Part shown: positions 48,110-63,100 of the stretch, piece after piece | How positions within the stretch are numbered: position 1 is the stretch's first letter | Layout of the letters: every line of letters starts with the position of its first letter | Assembly (NCBI GenBank): GCA_963920595.1 | Contig: OY986950.1 | Location: forward strand, 3,906,001-3,970,000 | Direction of reading: 5' to 3' | DNA length: 64,000 bases | From: Eimeria praecox | Lineage: Eukaryota | Position numbers and translations under genes: made by a program | Notes under the pieces: model-generated | Database searches by the model: none | Told to the model about the DNA's origin: nothing | The model's input: only the letters and a program-made list of their open reading frames with translations

Positions 48110-51100
48110 GGATGAATTTTTTGTGCTCACTGAGGTATTTCCGCCCCAATGCGTTGGAAACCCTCTTGTCTGAACAAACTTGAAATTCAGCAAGCTCCGC
48201 AAGCGTTCTGGCCTGATCCACAAAAGACGAGCCCATAAGCAGACAATAATATTTCCGATTCAAGTGCACCCACGGCGCGTCATTTTATGGGTCATCCGCA
48301 GTCAAGCAGTTGCTAGAGCCACGTGGTTCGCGGGTCCGCTCCCACGCCTTCTACATGAAGTGCCATCTCACAATGCTACGTAGACTATGCTGAAGACATT
48401 CAGGTTCTATAAAATATGTCACAGCATTAGGCAGGATGCCCATATCAGCCGGCAACACGACGGCTAATACGAAAAGGGTATGAGGCACATCCTGTTTCTC
48501 CGTCCCACTTCAGATGTGTGCGAAAGCATACAGGCCATGGCTGCGCCGAGGTCCTCCCGGTATCGATGCAGCAGGCTGCAGAAGAGCGCACACATGCACC
48601 CATGCATCAAGCAAGCCCATCTGCACTCCCAGGCACTGCCCATCAAATGCCGCCCGTCTAATACTATCCCTTGAGCGCGTACAAGATGGATACGCCTTAA
48701 CCATGCAAAATAAAGCATTCTTTCGAATGATCTGGCGCATATTGGAGCAATGCTCGAAACTATCACCAGCCATTTAGGTCAAATGAGTTTTAAACACCTA
48801 GAAAAGAGCCCTGCCAGCCAATCAACCCTCCCCGTTAGCGTAAACCATGTGCGTAAGCATTGTGGAGGCAACTGCGTTTGTGGATGAACTTACGTCCTCG
48901 CCCTAAACCATATATTGGCATACAGAGCTACAAACACGTACACAGTATGCGCAAACGGCATTCTGGTTCCTTCACTCGGCTGGCTGTCGTCTACCATTCA
49001 CACATACTGCTGGAAGAAGAGCCTGAAAGTAAGCCCTTTCTCCGCAATTCAAATCCTCGTGAAAAATTGGCTTCACAAATTATTCTCCGAAAAGGAAGGC
49101 TCCGTTGTCCACCAGCCTCTGCAGTATCTTCCGTCGCTCTGAGCTCGATACATCAATATACAAGAATATTTAGTCCGGCGCAACCTATACAAGGAATCGT
49201 GGAGCCTAGGACAAATATCAGTGAAGCATGCAAATGCTCCACATAGGGCAGCTTCCCCTTCATGCTCCCCTTACCGCCCCCGAACACCCAACTGGACAAG
49301 CGCACTTACCACAGATCACCACAGACACGAAGGCTGATCGACACGATAGCTTACATGTTTGCACCGTGTGCAAGGTTGGGAGGAACACTCGATGCACCAG
49401 CCACCCTGGATACGAACCGTAGGATTATAACCGATTTATAAACTCTAAACCCGTCCGATACAATCATTTCATAGTGTGGAGCAGCCCAACATACCAAAGA
49501 AAAACTCGCCCTGTCATGCCACTAAGCTGATGAAGGGTCCGCACTGCAGTTCTCGTATAACTGACACAAATCAGTTGGCGATTGAAAGCAAATGCCTGTG
49601 CAGCTTGCGTCGCCACTGAAGCTTGAAAACGTCTGCGAGTGTCCCGCCACTGCCGGAGCACTCGAGTCCACCCAAATTCTCTTCTGCAGCATACTGAGCA
49701 AGGTTCCCACACTACAAATCAACCCCGGGCCCAAATCCAACTTGGGCAGACAACAGTGAGCACCTGCCCTGCAGCAAGAAAAATCAACACCTTCTCAAGG
49801 AAACAACCAACTTCCCCTTGCCGCTCACCTTTGCTCAATTGGCTCAAATAGTATATCGACTGCGCTGGCAGCCTCGTCATGGTTCATACAACCATAATGG
49901 TCTTGCCAGTCAGTATTTCTTGCTCCAGCGGTTCCCTTTGAACCACGCCGTTCGCGCTCTAGTGAAACACATTTTCTTCGCCTGATATAGGGATCCACAC
50001 GCGAAACAAAACTTCACTGTTAAACATTCCGGCTGTGGCCTGTCTTTTCCCACCCATGCCGTCGCAGCTCATCCTTCAACCACGAAGCCATCCGCACCCT
50101 TTACAAATTGAAAGGTCACTCTACGTCCCCTACAGTACGCCACACCTGCTCCTTCGCTGGCATCGCAACATCTCCATTCGTCGGAGCTATGGTAAAAATA
50201 CAGACGACTCCACATTCTAGGCCGCAGAATCCACAGGAAGCTTCAGGACCGGTTGCCTGGTGAAGGCCGCATGCACCAGTGCACTGGTATGGTTGCAACG
50301 CTTTCAATGCACTGCGCATGATTCAGAATCAAAATCTGTCCCAAGTTCCTTCCTCATGCGGCGATACTGTGAGAAACAGAGATTCACGTCCGTGAGTGAT
50401 CACACCAAGCGGCGACTGCCCAGTGAACAGCATTAACACAAAGGACACGTATTTCACTTACATGTAACAGCCACCTTCGCTGCTGACTCCAAACCGTACG
50501 CAAAGGACCTTCGGCGCTGCCACATGTACAACCAGTAATGAGAGTGAAAGCGACCCGTTCAAACCTCCACACATACGAGGAATGATTTGATTTGTAGCTC
50601 ACCCACCCGGTAGATGCTCGCCTGATGCACACCCGTCCGTTCACACAACAACATGAAAGCCCGCCCCCCCCGAGGCTGTTTACTGGCCACCTACTGCTGC
50701 CAGCATGCACTCTCCATACTGCTGCACGTCAACCCGCACAAGCCGAGTCATTCTGAGCTGCCAATTTCGATGTAAGTAATGCATCACCGAGCCCTTCCCC
50801 ATTATACACTGGATCTCGAACTGCTATTCGTTGCAGCTGCACTATCGTACATAACCTCATCTGCATCGAAAACAGACATTCGACAGGAGTGGAACCTCCG
50901 CATGCCAGTCTGGAAGGTTTCCCTCCACACAGAACCAGACGCCTCCCACTCGAAACAAACATCCCACTCACCATATTTTCTGATCATAAAAGCCCACTTT
51001 CTTTAGCTGTGGCCAGCGTCTTAGAAAAGCAACCTGATGTGCAAAACGTCAAATGGATCTTCCAGCCATTCCAGCCACACTAGGCACAGTCCCGCGTTCG

Positions 51101-54100
51101 GCCCATCTCATCAAATCCCGCCACTGTGAGCATGCATGCGTTCGCTACCTCTCCGATAAGGACAAAAGCTTCCTTGCACCGTGCTCGATCAGTAGCTCAG
51201 TCAAGTGCTGTGTTCAAAAACATGGGACCTAAACCTCAGAGGTAGCGCAAAAGGCAGACCCGGCAAGCTGTCGGCGTGCGGGGCAATCCACGCTCTCCTG
51301 CGATGTTCCTATCGAGAGGTTCGTCCACCGACAGTCATGCTTTCGCACTTCAAATTCTGCTCCTGGGAATCAATTATGCGGCAGTGCACATCCGCTTCCA
51401 CTCTTAACGCGAGCTTAATTGCATTCCCTCCTGCATCTACCGTGCGCACAGAAAAAACATCCTTCTCATGTGCTCTAAGCCCTTTCCAATCTCATACAGG
51501 TTGCCTTCAAAGCATCACCCGACTAATGCACTCCCTTGCTTGCCCGGAGGTACAATAGTATGCCGGTGTTAGCAGCAATAAATCCACATACCTTGGCATG
51601 ACGTGCAGGGAACACCGCACACCGGTCGAAAATGCCAAAACTCCCTTCCTGCTGAGCTTCTCATCATCATAATACGAACTCGACAGGGATCCCGAACATG
51701 TGTTAACCGGTGACAGCAGTATCGCTGATGCTTTACGCTTTGACTCAAGCAGAATCAAAGGCCAGCACATTACATAGCGTCAATATTCCTAGATCATTCG
51801 AAGGGATACTCAGCCGCGCGTTGCTATACCCAAAACATGCTCATCTATGCATGCGCTTTCAATGCAAGTTGGACGTGGGATCCATCTTTAGATTTCGTCG
51901 TGCGCGACGACCTCGCCGGCCTCAAGACAGATGCCACAGGACCTATGGCTCACCAAAACCAAAATGCTTGTAAACCCGAGCATATCAGCTGCAGCTGCTC
52001 TTTTCCGTGAACGTGAACGTACATCCTCTTCCTAAACCAGTCACCACCACGCCGCAAAACCCCCACTTGCTGGAACCATAAAGCTGAAGTCGCCCTCTTG
52101 CTCCCATACGCTTTGTTTACGCAGAGAACACTCCCGCTGTAGATGCAAGTGGACCATATCCATAGAGATAGGTCCAGAACTGTCCGCCTTCCAAGTACGC
52201 TGCAACCGCAATACCTGGCCTGAAGGCCACGCATTGGCTTGCATATACGCTACTTACAAAATACTAAGGCGCCTTTTTCTGTCCAAAATCATTGGCCCCT
52301 TTTAACACTGCGACATGAATTGCAAGGTGTTTCACAAGCGCAGGTGCACCCTTAACCCTCGGAAACCAAACTCCTACCCCGAGCACATCTGATCCACCGG
52401 CGCATGCGACCAAGGGTTGCACTATTCGCAAAATAAGAGGCATGCAAGCATACCTGCCACCAACTAAAACCTGGGAAACACCCCATTATTCGTTTAGGCT
52501 CGCGTGAGATGCGAGATGAACAGCCTATAGGGCCTACAACTCGTGTACATGTGTGCAGCAGCTATCAAAGTATCGACGCATAGAAAAACGCAATGGCGAG
52601 CCTTCGACCATTCCATCAGAAAGCCAATTCTTCCCCAGCACAACAAGCAGACTCCCCAAGGGTCTGCAGTATTTTCACGCTCTTAGAGTGCACTACACCC
52701 TGGAAGTGTTCTTCTACAACCACTTTTAGCTCGGCCTCTCTTCTGGACGTAGGACAGGGCACCTCTAGCTCGCCTGAAAGGCACGTGTACGACGTAATAC
52801 TCCCCAAGGCTCGCAGGCTCATCAACAACTGTAAAGAAGCGCATCTAATTCCCCTGATCCACTGCGTACTAAGATGACTTCACTAACCCATGCTTGCATT
52901 TACATGCGTTGTTACCAAATTCACGCTGCCAACAACGAAACGTGGATGCACGTAAGACGCACAATCTTCACACCACGACACGCGGCAACCTCATTCAGCG
53001 ATGAAATAAGGATGGAACCACACCGTCCCCAATGCTGCAGGCGCAGTCAGACATGAACAGCCTTGCACAACCCTTTCAACACGCATGCACAATGGTTTGG
53101 TTTTTCAACTGACACGATAATTTGTTCACGAAGTGCATATGCCCTTGCAGCATAAGAAAATAGGCATCTGTTATACTAGGACACAACGATACTGACAGTG
53201 TTTACCCCATACTCTGCTGTATCGGCAGCATGAATCGTCGAATCTTTCTGAACTGCAAATGCCAGTGTAATGCGCCACCCGGCGTCATGATCACTAAGCA
53301 CTGACATCGCACTCTTCCGCTGCCTCTGAACAGCCCGCCGTCCGCAGCAACGCTACACACTGGCAGTAAGGGGTTCCAGAGCAGACCGCTCTTCGGGGTT
53401 TCTACTGCCATAGGACCCTATCCAACAACCGGGACTCTCACGCCCAACCAAACTACGTCCCTAGCACTAGACGCACCTGCTTAATCTGTGCCAAGTGCCG
53501 AAGCGATCATTGCCTGATAAAAAGGATGCCAACCGCCTTTAGCACGACAACAACATGCCCAGGCTCACGCTGCAATTACCCACTAAACCCTGACTCGTTA
53601 GCAGGCGTTGCCATCACAGGCCCGACCCTGAATTCACGCGGCATCCTTGGTGATACAAAACGCGGTGAAGATGAGTCGGCAACCCAGACTCGCACGCAAT
53701 GTCAGCACGGAGAGGCTACAACTGCTTCAAAACAAATCCTTCAATGCTACCCAAGAAATTGGAATCTTCCCCCCTCCTCACGGTACAGACTCCTTTCCCT
53801 CTGCAGAAGGTATAAGATGCGGCAGATGCCCTAAACTAACCGAAGCTCATGCTCTCTATCTTAATCGCCAGCTTAAATCCCGCTTCATCCCAGCCTTGCA
53901 AAGATTCACGGACTTACTTTGACCCGTCAGTTCTGCGTAGCCTTGCAAACTTCTGAGCACACGAAAAAGCCGTATGCACACCCACAAATAAGCGCGCCCC
54001 CTAAGTGGCCTTTCGGCAACACTACGCGCGTGAGCAAACGCTGCCGAGGCATCCTCCTACAGCCTACACATCAAAAGGCATCCTAGTATCGGCCTCCACC

Positions 54101-57100
54101 CAAGCATTACTAAAGCCTCGCAACACCTCCCTGGGCTTTCCACACAACCAGGATGCACGTACTTTCTCGTTCTGCACGTAACAGCGACGGCACACAACAT
54201 TCCCATACTATACGAACTACTCCCACCTAGGGCCCACCCTCTCCCTATTAGGGTGTCATTCACTCTAAGCTCGTGCTATGCACAGCCCTCTAAGCAAGCA
54301 ACGCCTCAAGGGGCTCCTGGCGGACCCGCTGGCCAAGCATCTGGATCTCATGACAGCCCACATGTTGGCAGCGCCATCCAGTTGCAATTCAAGCAACCCG
54401 TACCACGAACCGGCAACGCTTTGAAGCTGTTTACTGGTGCCTCTCGGTCACAGCATGCAAGCGATGCAGATGATTGCCTAACTATGAACAGGCACGCATC
54501 GTATGCCAGGCTTTCTGCCCCTACCTCCGAACATTCCTGATGCTTACACCTCATACGACGCTGCGCACCTAGAGGTATAAGCCTTCAGTCTCTATAGCAT
54601 CGCATTCCCCACCACTCGACTTGCAGACCTTCTACTCCAACACTGCGCACACTATTGCCTTCTTGCACAAAGCACGGCCACCTTGCGCTCAAGCAGCTTC
54701 CCTGCTCAGTCCCATGCGGAGCCACCCGTCAATGTGAAATCGCACCTAGCGGAGTGCTGGGATGCGGTTTTCGTGCTCACTGGGGCATTTCCGCCCCAAT
54801 GCGTTGGAAACCCTCTTGTCTGAACAAACTTGAAATTCAGCAAGCTCCGCAAGCGTTCTGGCCTGATCCACAAAAGACGAGCCCGTAAGCAGACAATAAT
54901 ATTTCCGATTCAAGTGCACCCACGGCGCGTCATTTTATGGGTCATCCGCAGTCAAGCAGTTGCTAGAGCCACGTGGTTCGCGGGTCCGCTCCCACGCCTT
55001 CTACATGAAGTGCCGTCTCACAATGCTAGGTAGACTATGCTGAAGACATTCAGGCTCCATAAAATATGTCACAGCATTGGGCAGGATGCTCATATCAGCC
55101 GGCAACACGACGGCTAATACGAAACGGGTATGAGGAGCCCACTGCTCTTCGAACAAAGGGCACATCCTGTTTCTCCGTCCCACTTCAGATGTGTGCGAAA
55201 GCATACAGGCCATGGCTGCGCCGAGGTCCTCCCGGTATCGATGCAGCAGGCTGTACAAGAGCGCACGCATGCACCCATGCGTCAAACAAGCCCATCTGCA
55301 CTCCCAGGCATTGCGCATCAAATGCCGCCCGTCTAATATATCCCTTGAGCGCGTGCAAGATGGATACGCTTTAACCATGCAACATAAAGCATTCTTTCGA
55401 ATGATCTGGCGCTTTTATTGGAGCGGTGCTCGAAACAATCACTAGCCGCTGAAATCATGTGTTATATGTGGGTGTGCGTGTGTTATATATGATTAAACAC
55501 CTAGAAAAGAGCCCTACCAGCCAGTCACCATTTCCGGTTAGGGTTAAGCATCCTCGAGGCTTTTTGGGTGCTGGATGAACACTTACGTCCTCCTGCTAAA
55601 GCATATATCGGCACACAGAGCTACAAACACGTACACAGTATGCGCAAACAACATTCTGACTCCACTCCGCTGCCTGCCGCCTACCATTCACCCGCATAAT
55701 GCTGCAAGAAGAGCCTAAAGTAAACCCTTTCCCCCAAATGCAAATCCTCGTGAAAAATTCGCCTCTCAAATATAGTGATCCTCCGAAGCCGAACGCTACG
55801 TTGTCCACCAGCCGCTGCAGTATATTCCGTCGCTCTCAGCTTGATACATAAACATTTTTTTGTGCTTGATACATAAACATTTAAAAATACGGAATCAACC
55901 TATACAAGGGATCGTCGAACCTACGACAAATATCAGTGAAGCATGCAAGTGCTCCACATAGGGCAGCTTCCCCTTCATGCTCCCCTTGCCGCCCCCAACA
56001 GCCAACTGGACAAGCGCACTTACCACAGATCACCACTAGCACAGAATGCAGATAGAACACCGCGTGCACACTGGCACAACGCACCAGCTTGACACAACAA
56101 ATTGGTGCATCATCCACCGAAGATGCGAACCGCAGGATGCCAACCGATTTGATCGTAGTGTGTCATAGCACAACACATCAAAAAGCTTGCCCTGCCTTGC
56201 CACTAAGATCATGAAGGGCTTGCATTGCAGTTCTCGTATAACTGTGACACAAATCAGTTGGCGACTGAAAGCAAATGCCTGTGCAGCTTGCGTCGCCACT
56301 GAAGCTTGAAAACGTCTGCGAGTGTCCCGCCACTACCGGAGCACTCGAGTCCACCCAAATTCTCTTCTGCAGCATACTGAGCAAGGTTCCCACACTACAA
56401 ATCAACCCCGGGCCCAAATCCAACTTGGGCAGGCAACAACGAGCACCTGCCCTGCAGCATCCTGCTGAACGGGAGCACTTAGCCTATGCACCTCCTGTGC
56501 AAGCCAGCTATCGATATGCCCTTGCAGTCAGCGCTTTTCAATAATTGCCTCCCCACAGAACCCTCAGCTAGTGATACTGTAAGCTTGCACGTTCAGAATC
56601 CTCTAACACTTTGGACCAACCCCTTGCACCTGGGCGCCACCACTTGCACACAGGTGCTGCAATCCAGAAGGTCTTAAACGAAGAAGTCCACAACTGTACC
56701 AACGTTAACTTGAGTCCAACCTAAGTCTACGCAAGAACGGCGGGTCCTTACGCAATGCCGAGCCACTCCCAAAATGAGCGGCGAATGCGCTTCTATGCAG
56801 CCTCCATAAAACAGCACATAGCCGTGCCATGCCCACAAGCCGGCGCTTGTGCGTGACACCACTGCCCAAAACACCTTCTTGCTCAAACCCGAAAGCATTA
56901 ATACACCGCGCAAGCTTCATGAGAACTTTTCAGGCCGAGGCTGCTACTCATACAGCATTGGTCCCCTCCCTTGTTACACGTTTTGCCGTACTTCCAGAGC
57001 TGCATGCACCTAAATCTTGGCCCCTGTATAGAATACCGTGCTCGCTACATCCCACCACAGCCAAGGACATTCTCACTCACCGTTGACCGCTGCTAGTGGA

Positions 57101-60100
57101 ACTCGTAAATGAGCCAAGCCCCTCGCACCGTCACAGCTGCATCATGTAGAACACGCAGCAGCCAATATGCATCAGCGAGCTTCTGCCCAGACTTCCGGAA
57201 AAGCATAAATAGTCAAAGGGAGTGAACGAACGCTTCAGAGCCAAACCCTCTCCATACAGTCACTGAAACGCTTAATTCCTCACACGGATCCACTATGGTC
57301 CTCAAGGACGATGCGCCCCATAGAAGATGCATGACATATGGGCACCTGCTACAAACGTGGAAGACACTACTGCATCTCCTACGGTCCCTTGCATACCGGT
57401 GCAGCAATCGCCAGCGTAAGCGTCTGATATTCTGTTGCCCTGATATAACGGCATGCCTGTCCTTTCGCACGCAAGGCGGCAGGTTATCTCCTGCCAACCT
57501 AATCCAATAACCTCCACACACTGCCCATCCATGCGAAATGCAGAGTCATGAAAAAGCGCTCCAGGACTTGCAACTACAGAATTCCCAGTTGACCAAACGA
57601 CGACCTTCGGGCATGCCATGTGCATGCACCCGCACTGTAACAGCACACTTGAAATGCACTGCCCCTGCCGCAGCCTGGCGCTATGCGGCTAGCGAATTGC
57701 TTGACACTTGACACCGTATCAGCAGAAAACGTGCCCCACAGTGCTCACGGCGCCTGCAGAACCAGGACCAACGCAGCCGCTCCGCTTGTGCATGCATGGA
57801 AGGAGCCTTCCAAGCTGCCTATATTATGCAGAAGATCTGCCAGCTTGTTGCCTGCGCTACCTAGCACTTTACACAACCACGCCTATACGAAGGAGTGCAC
57901 CTAAGGTGAGCAGAGCTACACTGCGGGGAATTCACGGGCATGAACTGACAGGACGAAAACCGGTGGGCAATGCTCTTGCCATGGCTAAGGCTTCTTCAGA
58001 AGCGGTTGCGTGCTTATCTCCCACTCTGTGCAAAGCGTCCTGCTCTCCACAATTCTGACCACATTCACAGGCTCGCCTAGCCTTCAATTCTCAGCCAGAT
58101 ACCACCCACTCGATAAGAAGGCAAACGGGATTTGCAGTTCCTTGCGCTCCCTGTCGGATTCAAAGAGGACCGTTCAAAACCCTTTGAGCTTCATGTACGC
58201 GTGTATGGTTCCTGACACGTTAAGAGGCTTAGCCCGACTTCTTCCAAGGCTTACAGTCTTCATCGCACACCAAGCCGCCGCCCCCGTTTCACTTAGTCTT
58301 TGTGGAAAAACCTTGCGCTGTGTACCTCTAACGCGTCAACCCCTCCATTCAGACGCACATACACACGAAGCTGCCGGACCCGTCTGGCTGTCGCGGGTTC
58401 CGTGTTACACACAGGCACTCTTCACCAACTTGAATGCGCCATGCACTAGCCGGACACGCAAGAGACACCTTAAACTTATTTGCTTCCTTTCGAGTATTCA
58501 CCGGATTCAATGAAAACGTGAGTAGACAGAAAGAAAAATCAACACCTTCTCAAGGAAACAACCAACTTCCCCTTGCCGCTCACCTTTGCTCAATTGGCTC
58601 ACATAGTATACCGACTGCGCTGGCAGCCTCGTCATGGTTCATACAACCATAATGGTCTTGCCAGTCAGTATTTCTTGCTCCAGCGGTTCCCTTTGAACCA
58701 CGCCGTTCGCGCGCTAGTGAAACTCACTTTCTTCGCCTGATATAGGGATCCACACGCGAAACAAAACTTCACTGTTAAACATTCCGGCTGTGGCCTGTCT
58801 TTTCCCACCCATGCCGTCGCAGCTCATCCTTCAACCACGAAGCCATCCGCACCCTTTACAAATTGAAAGGTCACTCTACGTCCCCTACAGTACGCCACAC
58901 CTGCTCCTTCGCTGGCATCGCAACATCTCCATTCGTCGGAGCTATGGTAAAAATACAGACGACTCCACATTCTAGGCCGCAGAATCCACAGGAAGCTTCA
59001 GGACCGGTTGCCTGGTGAGGGCCGCATGCACCAGTGCACTGGTGTGGTTGCAACGCTTTCAATGCACTGCGCATGATTCAGAATCAAAATCTGTCCCAAG
59101 TTCCTTCCTCATGCGGCGATACTGCGAGAAACAGAGATTCACGTCCGTGAGTGATCACACCAAGCGGCGACTGCTCAGTGAACAGCATTAACACGTATTT
59201 CACTTACATGTAACAGCCACCTTCGCTGCTGACTCCAAACCGTACGCAAAGGACCTTCGGCGCTGCCACATGTACAACCAGTAATGAGAGTGAAAGCGAC
59301 CCGTTCAAACCTCCACACATACGAGGAATGATTTGATTTGTAGCTCACCCACCCGGTAGATGCTCGCCTGATGCACACCCGTCCGTTCACACAACAACAT
59401 GAAAGCCCGCCCCCCCCGAGGCTGTTTACTGGCCACCTACTGCTGCCAGCATGCACTCTCCATACTGCTGCACGTCAACCCGCACAAGCCGAGTCATTCT
59501 GAGCTGCCAATTTCGATGTAAGTAATGCATCACCGAGCCCTTCCCCATTATACACTGGATCTCGAACTGCTATTCGTTGCAGCTGCACTATCGTACATAA
59601 CCTCATCTGCATCGAAAACAGACATTCGACAGGAGTGGAACCTCCGCATGCCAGTCTGGAAGGTTTCCCTCCACACAGAACCAGACGCCTCCCACTCGAA
59701 ACAAACATCCCACTCACCATATTTTCTGATCATAAAAGCCCACTTTCTTTAGCTGTGGCCAGCGTCTTAGAAAAGCAACCTGATGTGCAAAACGTCAAAT
59801 GGATCTTCCAGCCATTCTAGCCACACTAGGCACAGTCCCGCGTTCGGCCCATCTCATCAAATCCCGCCACTGTGAGCATGCATGCGTTCGCTACCTCTCC
59901 GATAAGGACAAAAGCTTCCTTGCACCGTGCTCGATCAGTAGCTCAGTCAAGTGCTGTGTTCAAAAACATGGGACCTAAACCTCAGAGGTAGCGCAAAAGG
60001 CAGACCCGGCAAGCTGTCGGCGTGCGGGGCAATCCACGCTCTCCTGCGATGTTCCTATCGAGAGGTTCGTCCACCGACAGTCATGCTTTCGCACTTCAAA

Positions 60101-63100
60101 TTATACTCCTGGGAATCAATTATGCTGCAATGCACATCCGCTTCCACTCTTAACGCGAGCTTAATTGCATTCCCTCCTGCATCTACCGTGCGCACAGAAA
60201 AAACATCCTTCTCGTGCTCTAAGCCCTTTCCAATCTCATACAGGTTGCCTTCAAAGCATCGCTCGACTAATGCACTCCCTTGCTTGCCCGGAGGTACAAT
60301 AGTATGCCGGTGTTAGCAGCAATAAATCCACATACCTTGGCATGACGTGCAGGGAACACCGCACACCGGTCGAAAATGCCAAAACTCCCTTCCTGCTGAG
60401 CTTCTCATCATCATAATACGAACTCGACAGGGATCCCGAACATGTGTTAACCGGTGACAGCAGTATCGCTGACGCTTTACGCTTTGACTCAAGCAGAATC
60501 AAACGCCAGCACACTACATAGCGTCAGTATTCCTAGATTATTCGAAGGGATACTCAGTCGCGCGTTGCTATACCCAAAACATGCTCATCTATGCATGCGC
60601 TTTCAATGCAAGTTGGACGTGGGACCCATCTTTAGATTTCGTCGTGCGCGACGACCTCGCCGGCCTCAAGGCAGATGCCACAGGACCTATGGCTCACCAA
60701 AACCGAAATGCTTGTAAACCCGTGCGTATGAGCTGCAGTTTCCGTTTTACGTCAGCGTACGTGCTCTTCCTAAGCCAGTCACCACCACGCCGCAAAACCC
60801 CCACTTGCTGGAACCATAAAGCTGAAGTCGCCCTCTTGCTCCCATACGCTTTGTTTACGCAGAGAACACTCCCGCTGTAGATGCAAGTGGACCATATCCA
60901 TAGAGATAGGTCCAGAACTGTCCGCCTTCCAAGTACGCTGCAACCGCAATACCTGGCCTGAAGGCCACGCATTGGCTTGCATATACGCTACTTACAAAAT
61001 ACTAAGGCGCCTTTTTCTGTCCAAAATCATTGGCCCCTTTTAACACTGCGACATGAATTGCAAGGTGTTTCACAAGCGCAGGTGCACCCTTAACCCTCGG
61101 AAACCAAACTCCTACCCCGAGCACATCTGATCCACCGGCGCATGCGACCAAGGGTTGCACTATTCGCAAAATAAGAGGCATGCAAGCATACCTGCCACCA
61201 ACTAAAACCTGGGAAACACCCCATTATTCGTTTAGGCTCGCGTGAGATGCGAGATGAACAGCCTATAGGGCCTACAACTCGTGTACATGTGTGCAGCAGC
61301 TATCAAAGTATCGACGCATAGAAAAACGCAATGGCGAGCCTTCGACCACTCCATCAGAAAGCCAATTCTTCCCCAGCACAACAAGCAGACTCCCCAAGGG
61401 TCTGCAGTATTTTCACGCTCTTAGAGTGCACTACACCCTGGAAGTGTTCTTCTACAACCACTTTTAGCTCGGCCTCTCTTCTGGACGTAGGACAGGGCAC
61501 CTCTAGCTCGCCTGAAAGGCACGTGTACGACGTAATACTCCCCAAGGCTCGCAGGCTCATCAACAACTGTAAAGAAGCGCATCTAATTCCCCTGATCCAC
61601 TGCGTACTAAGATGACTTCACTAACCCATGCTTGCATTTACATGCGTCGTTACCAAATTCACGCTGCCAACAACGAAACGTGGATGCACGTAAGACGCAC
61701 AATCTTCACACCACGACACGCGGCAACCTCATTCAGCGATGAAATAAGGATGGAAGCACACCGTCCCCAATGCTGCAGGCGCAGTCAGACATGAACAGCC
61801 TTGCACAACCCTTTCAACACGCATGCACAATGGTTTGGTTTTTCAACTGACACGATAATTTGTTCACGAAGTGCATATGCCCTTGCAGCATAAGAAAATA
61901 GGCATCTGTTATACTAGGACACAACGATACTGACAGTGTTTACCCCATACTCTGCTGTATCGGCAGCATGAATCGTCGAATCTTTCTGAACTGCAAATGC
62001 CAGTGTAATGCGCCACCCGGCGTCATGATCACTAAGCACTGACATCGCACTCTTCCGCTGCCTCTGAACAGCCCGCCGTCCGCAGCAACGCTACACATTG
62101 GCAGTAAGGGGTTCCAGAGCAGACCGCTCTTCGGGGTTTCTACTGCCATAGGACCCTATCCAACAACCGGGACTCTCACGCCCAACCAAACTACGTCCCT
62201 AGCACTAGACGCACCTGCTTAATCTGTGCCAAGTGCCGAAGCGATCATTGCCTGATAAAAAGGATGCCAACCGCCTTTAGCACGACAACAACATGCCCAG
62301 GCTCACGCTGCAATTACCCACTAAACCCTGACTCGTTAGCAGGCGTTGCCATCACAGGCCCGACCCTGAATTCACGCGGCATCCTTGGTGATACAAAACG
62401 CGGTGAAGATGAGTCGGCAACCCAGACTCGCACGCAATGTCAGCACGGAGAGGCTACAACTGCTTCAAAACAAATCCTTCAATGCTACCCAAGAAATTGG
62501 AATCTTCCCCCCTCCTCACGGTACAGACTCCTTTCCCTCTGCAGAAGGTATAAGATGCGGCAGATGCCCTAAACTAACCGAAGCTCATGCTCTCTATCTT
62601 AATCGCCAGCTTAAATCCCGCTTCATCCCAGCCTTGCAAAGATTCACGGACTTACTTTGACCCGTCAGTTCTGCGTAGCCTTGCAAACTTCTGAGCACAC
62701 GAAAAAGCCGTATGCACACCCACAAATAAGCGCGCCCCCTAAGTGGCCTTTCGGCAACACTACGCGCGTGAGCAAACGCTGCCGAGGCATCCTCCTACAG
62801 CCTACACATCAAAAGGCATCCTAGTATCGGCCTCCACCCAAGCATTACTAAAGCCTCGCAACACCTCCCTGGGCTTTCCACACAACCAGGATGCACGTAC
62901 TTTCTCGTTCTGCACGTAACAGCGACGGCACACAACATTCCCATACTATACGAACTAGTCCCACCTAGGGCCCACCCTCTCCCTATTAGGGTCATTCACT
63001 CTAAGCTCGTGCTATGCACAGCCCTCTAAGCAAGCAACGCCTCAAGGGGCTCCTGGCGGACCCGCTGGCCAAGCATCTGGATCTCATGACAGCCCACATG

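Noticed and set aside
50802..50987. SAG surface-antigen-like fragment in the macro-repeat
   Set aside because: Only a vague resemblance; no signal peptide, cysteine pattern or GPI signal could be assembled.
48110..56459. LTR retrotransposon with A1 and A2 as 1.65-kb LTRs
   Set aside because: No TG...CA termini, primer-binding site or pol motifs seen, and B and A repeat again in tandem; a tandem array explains it more simply.
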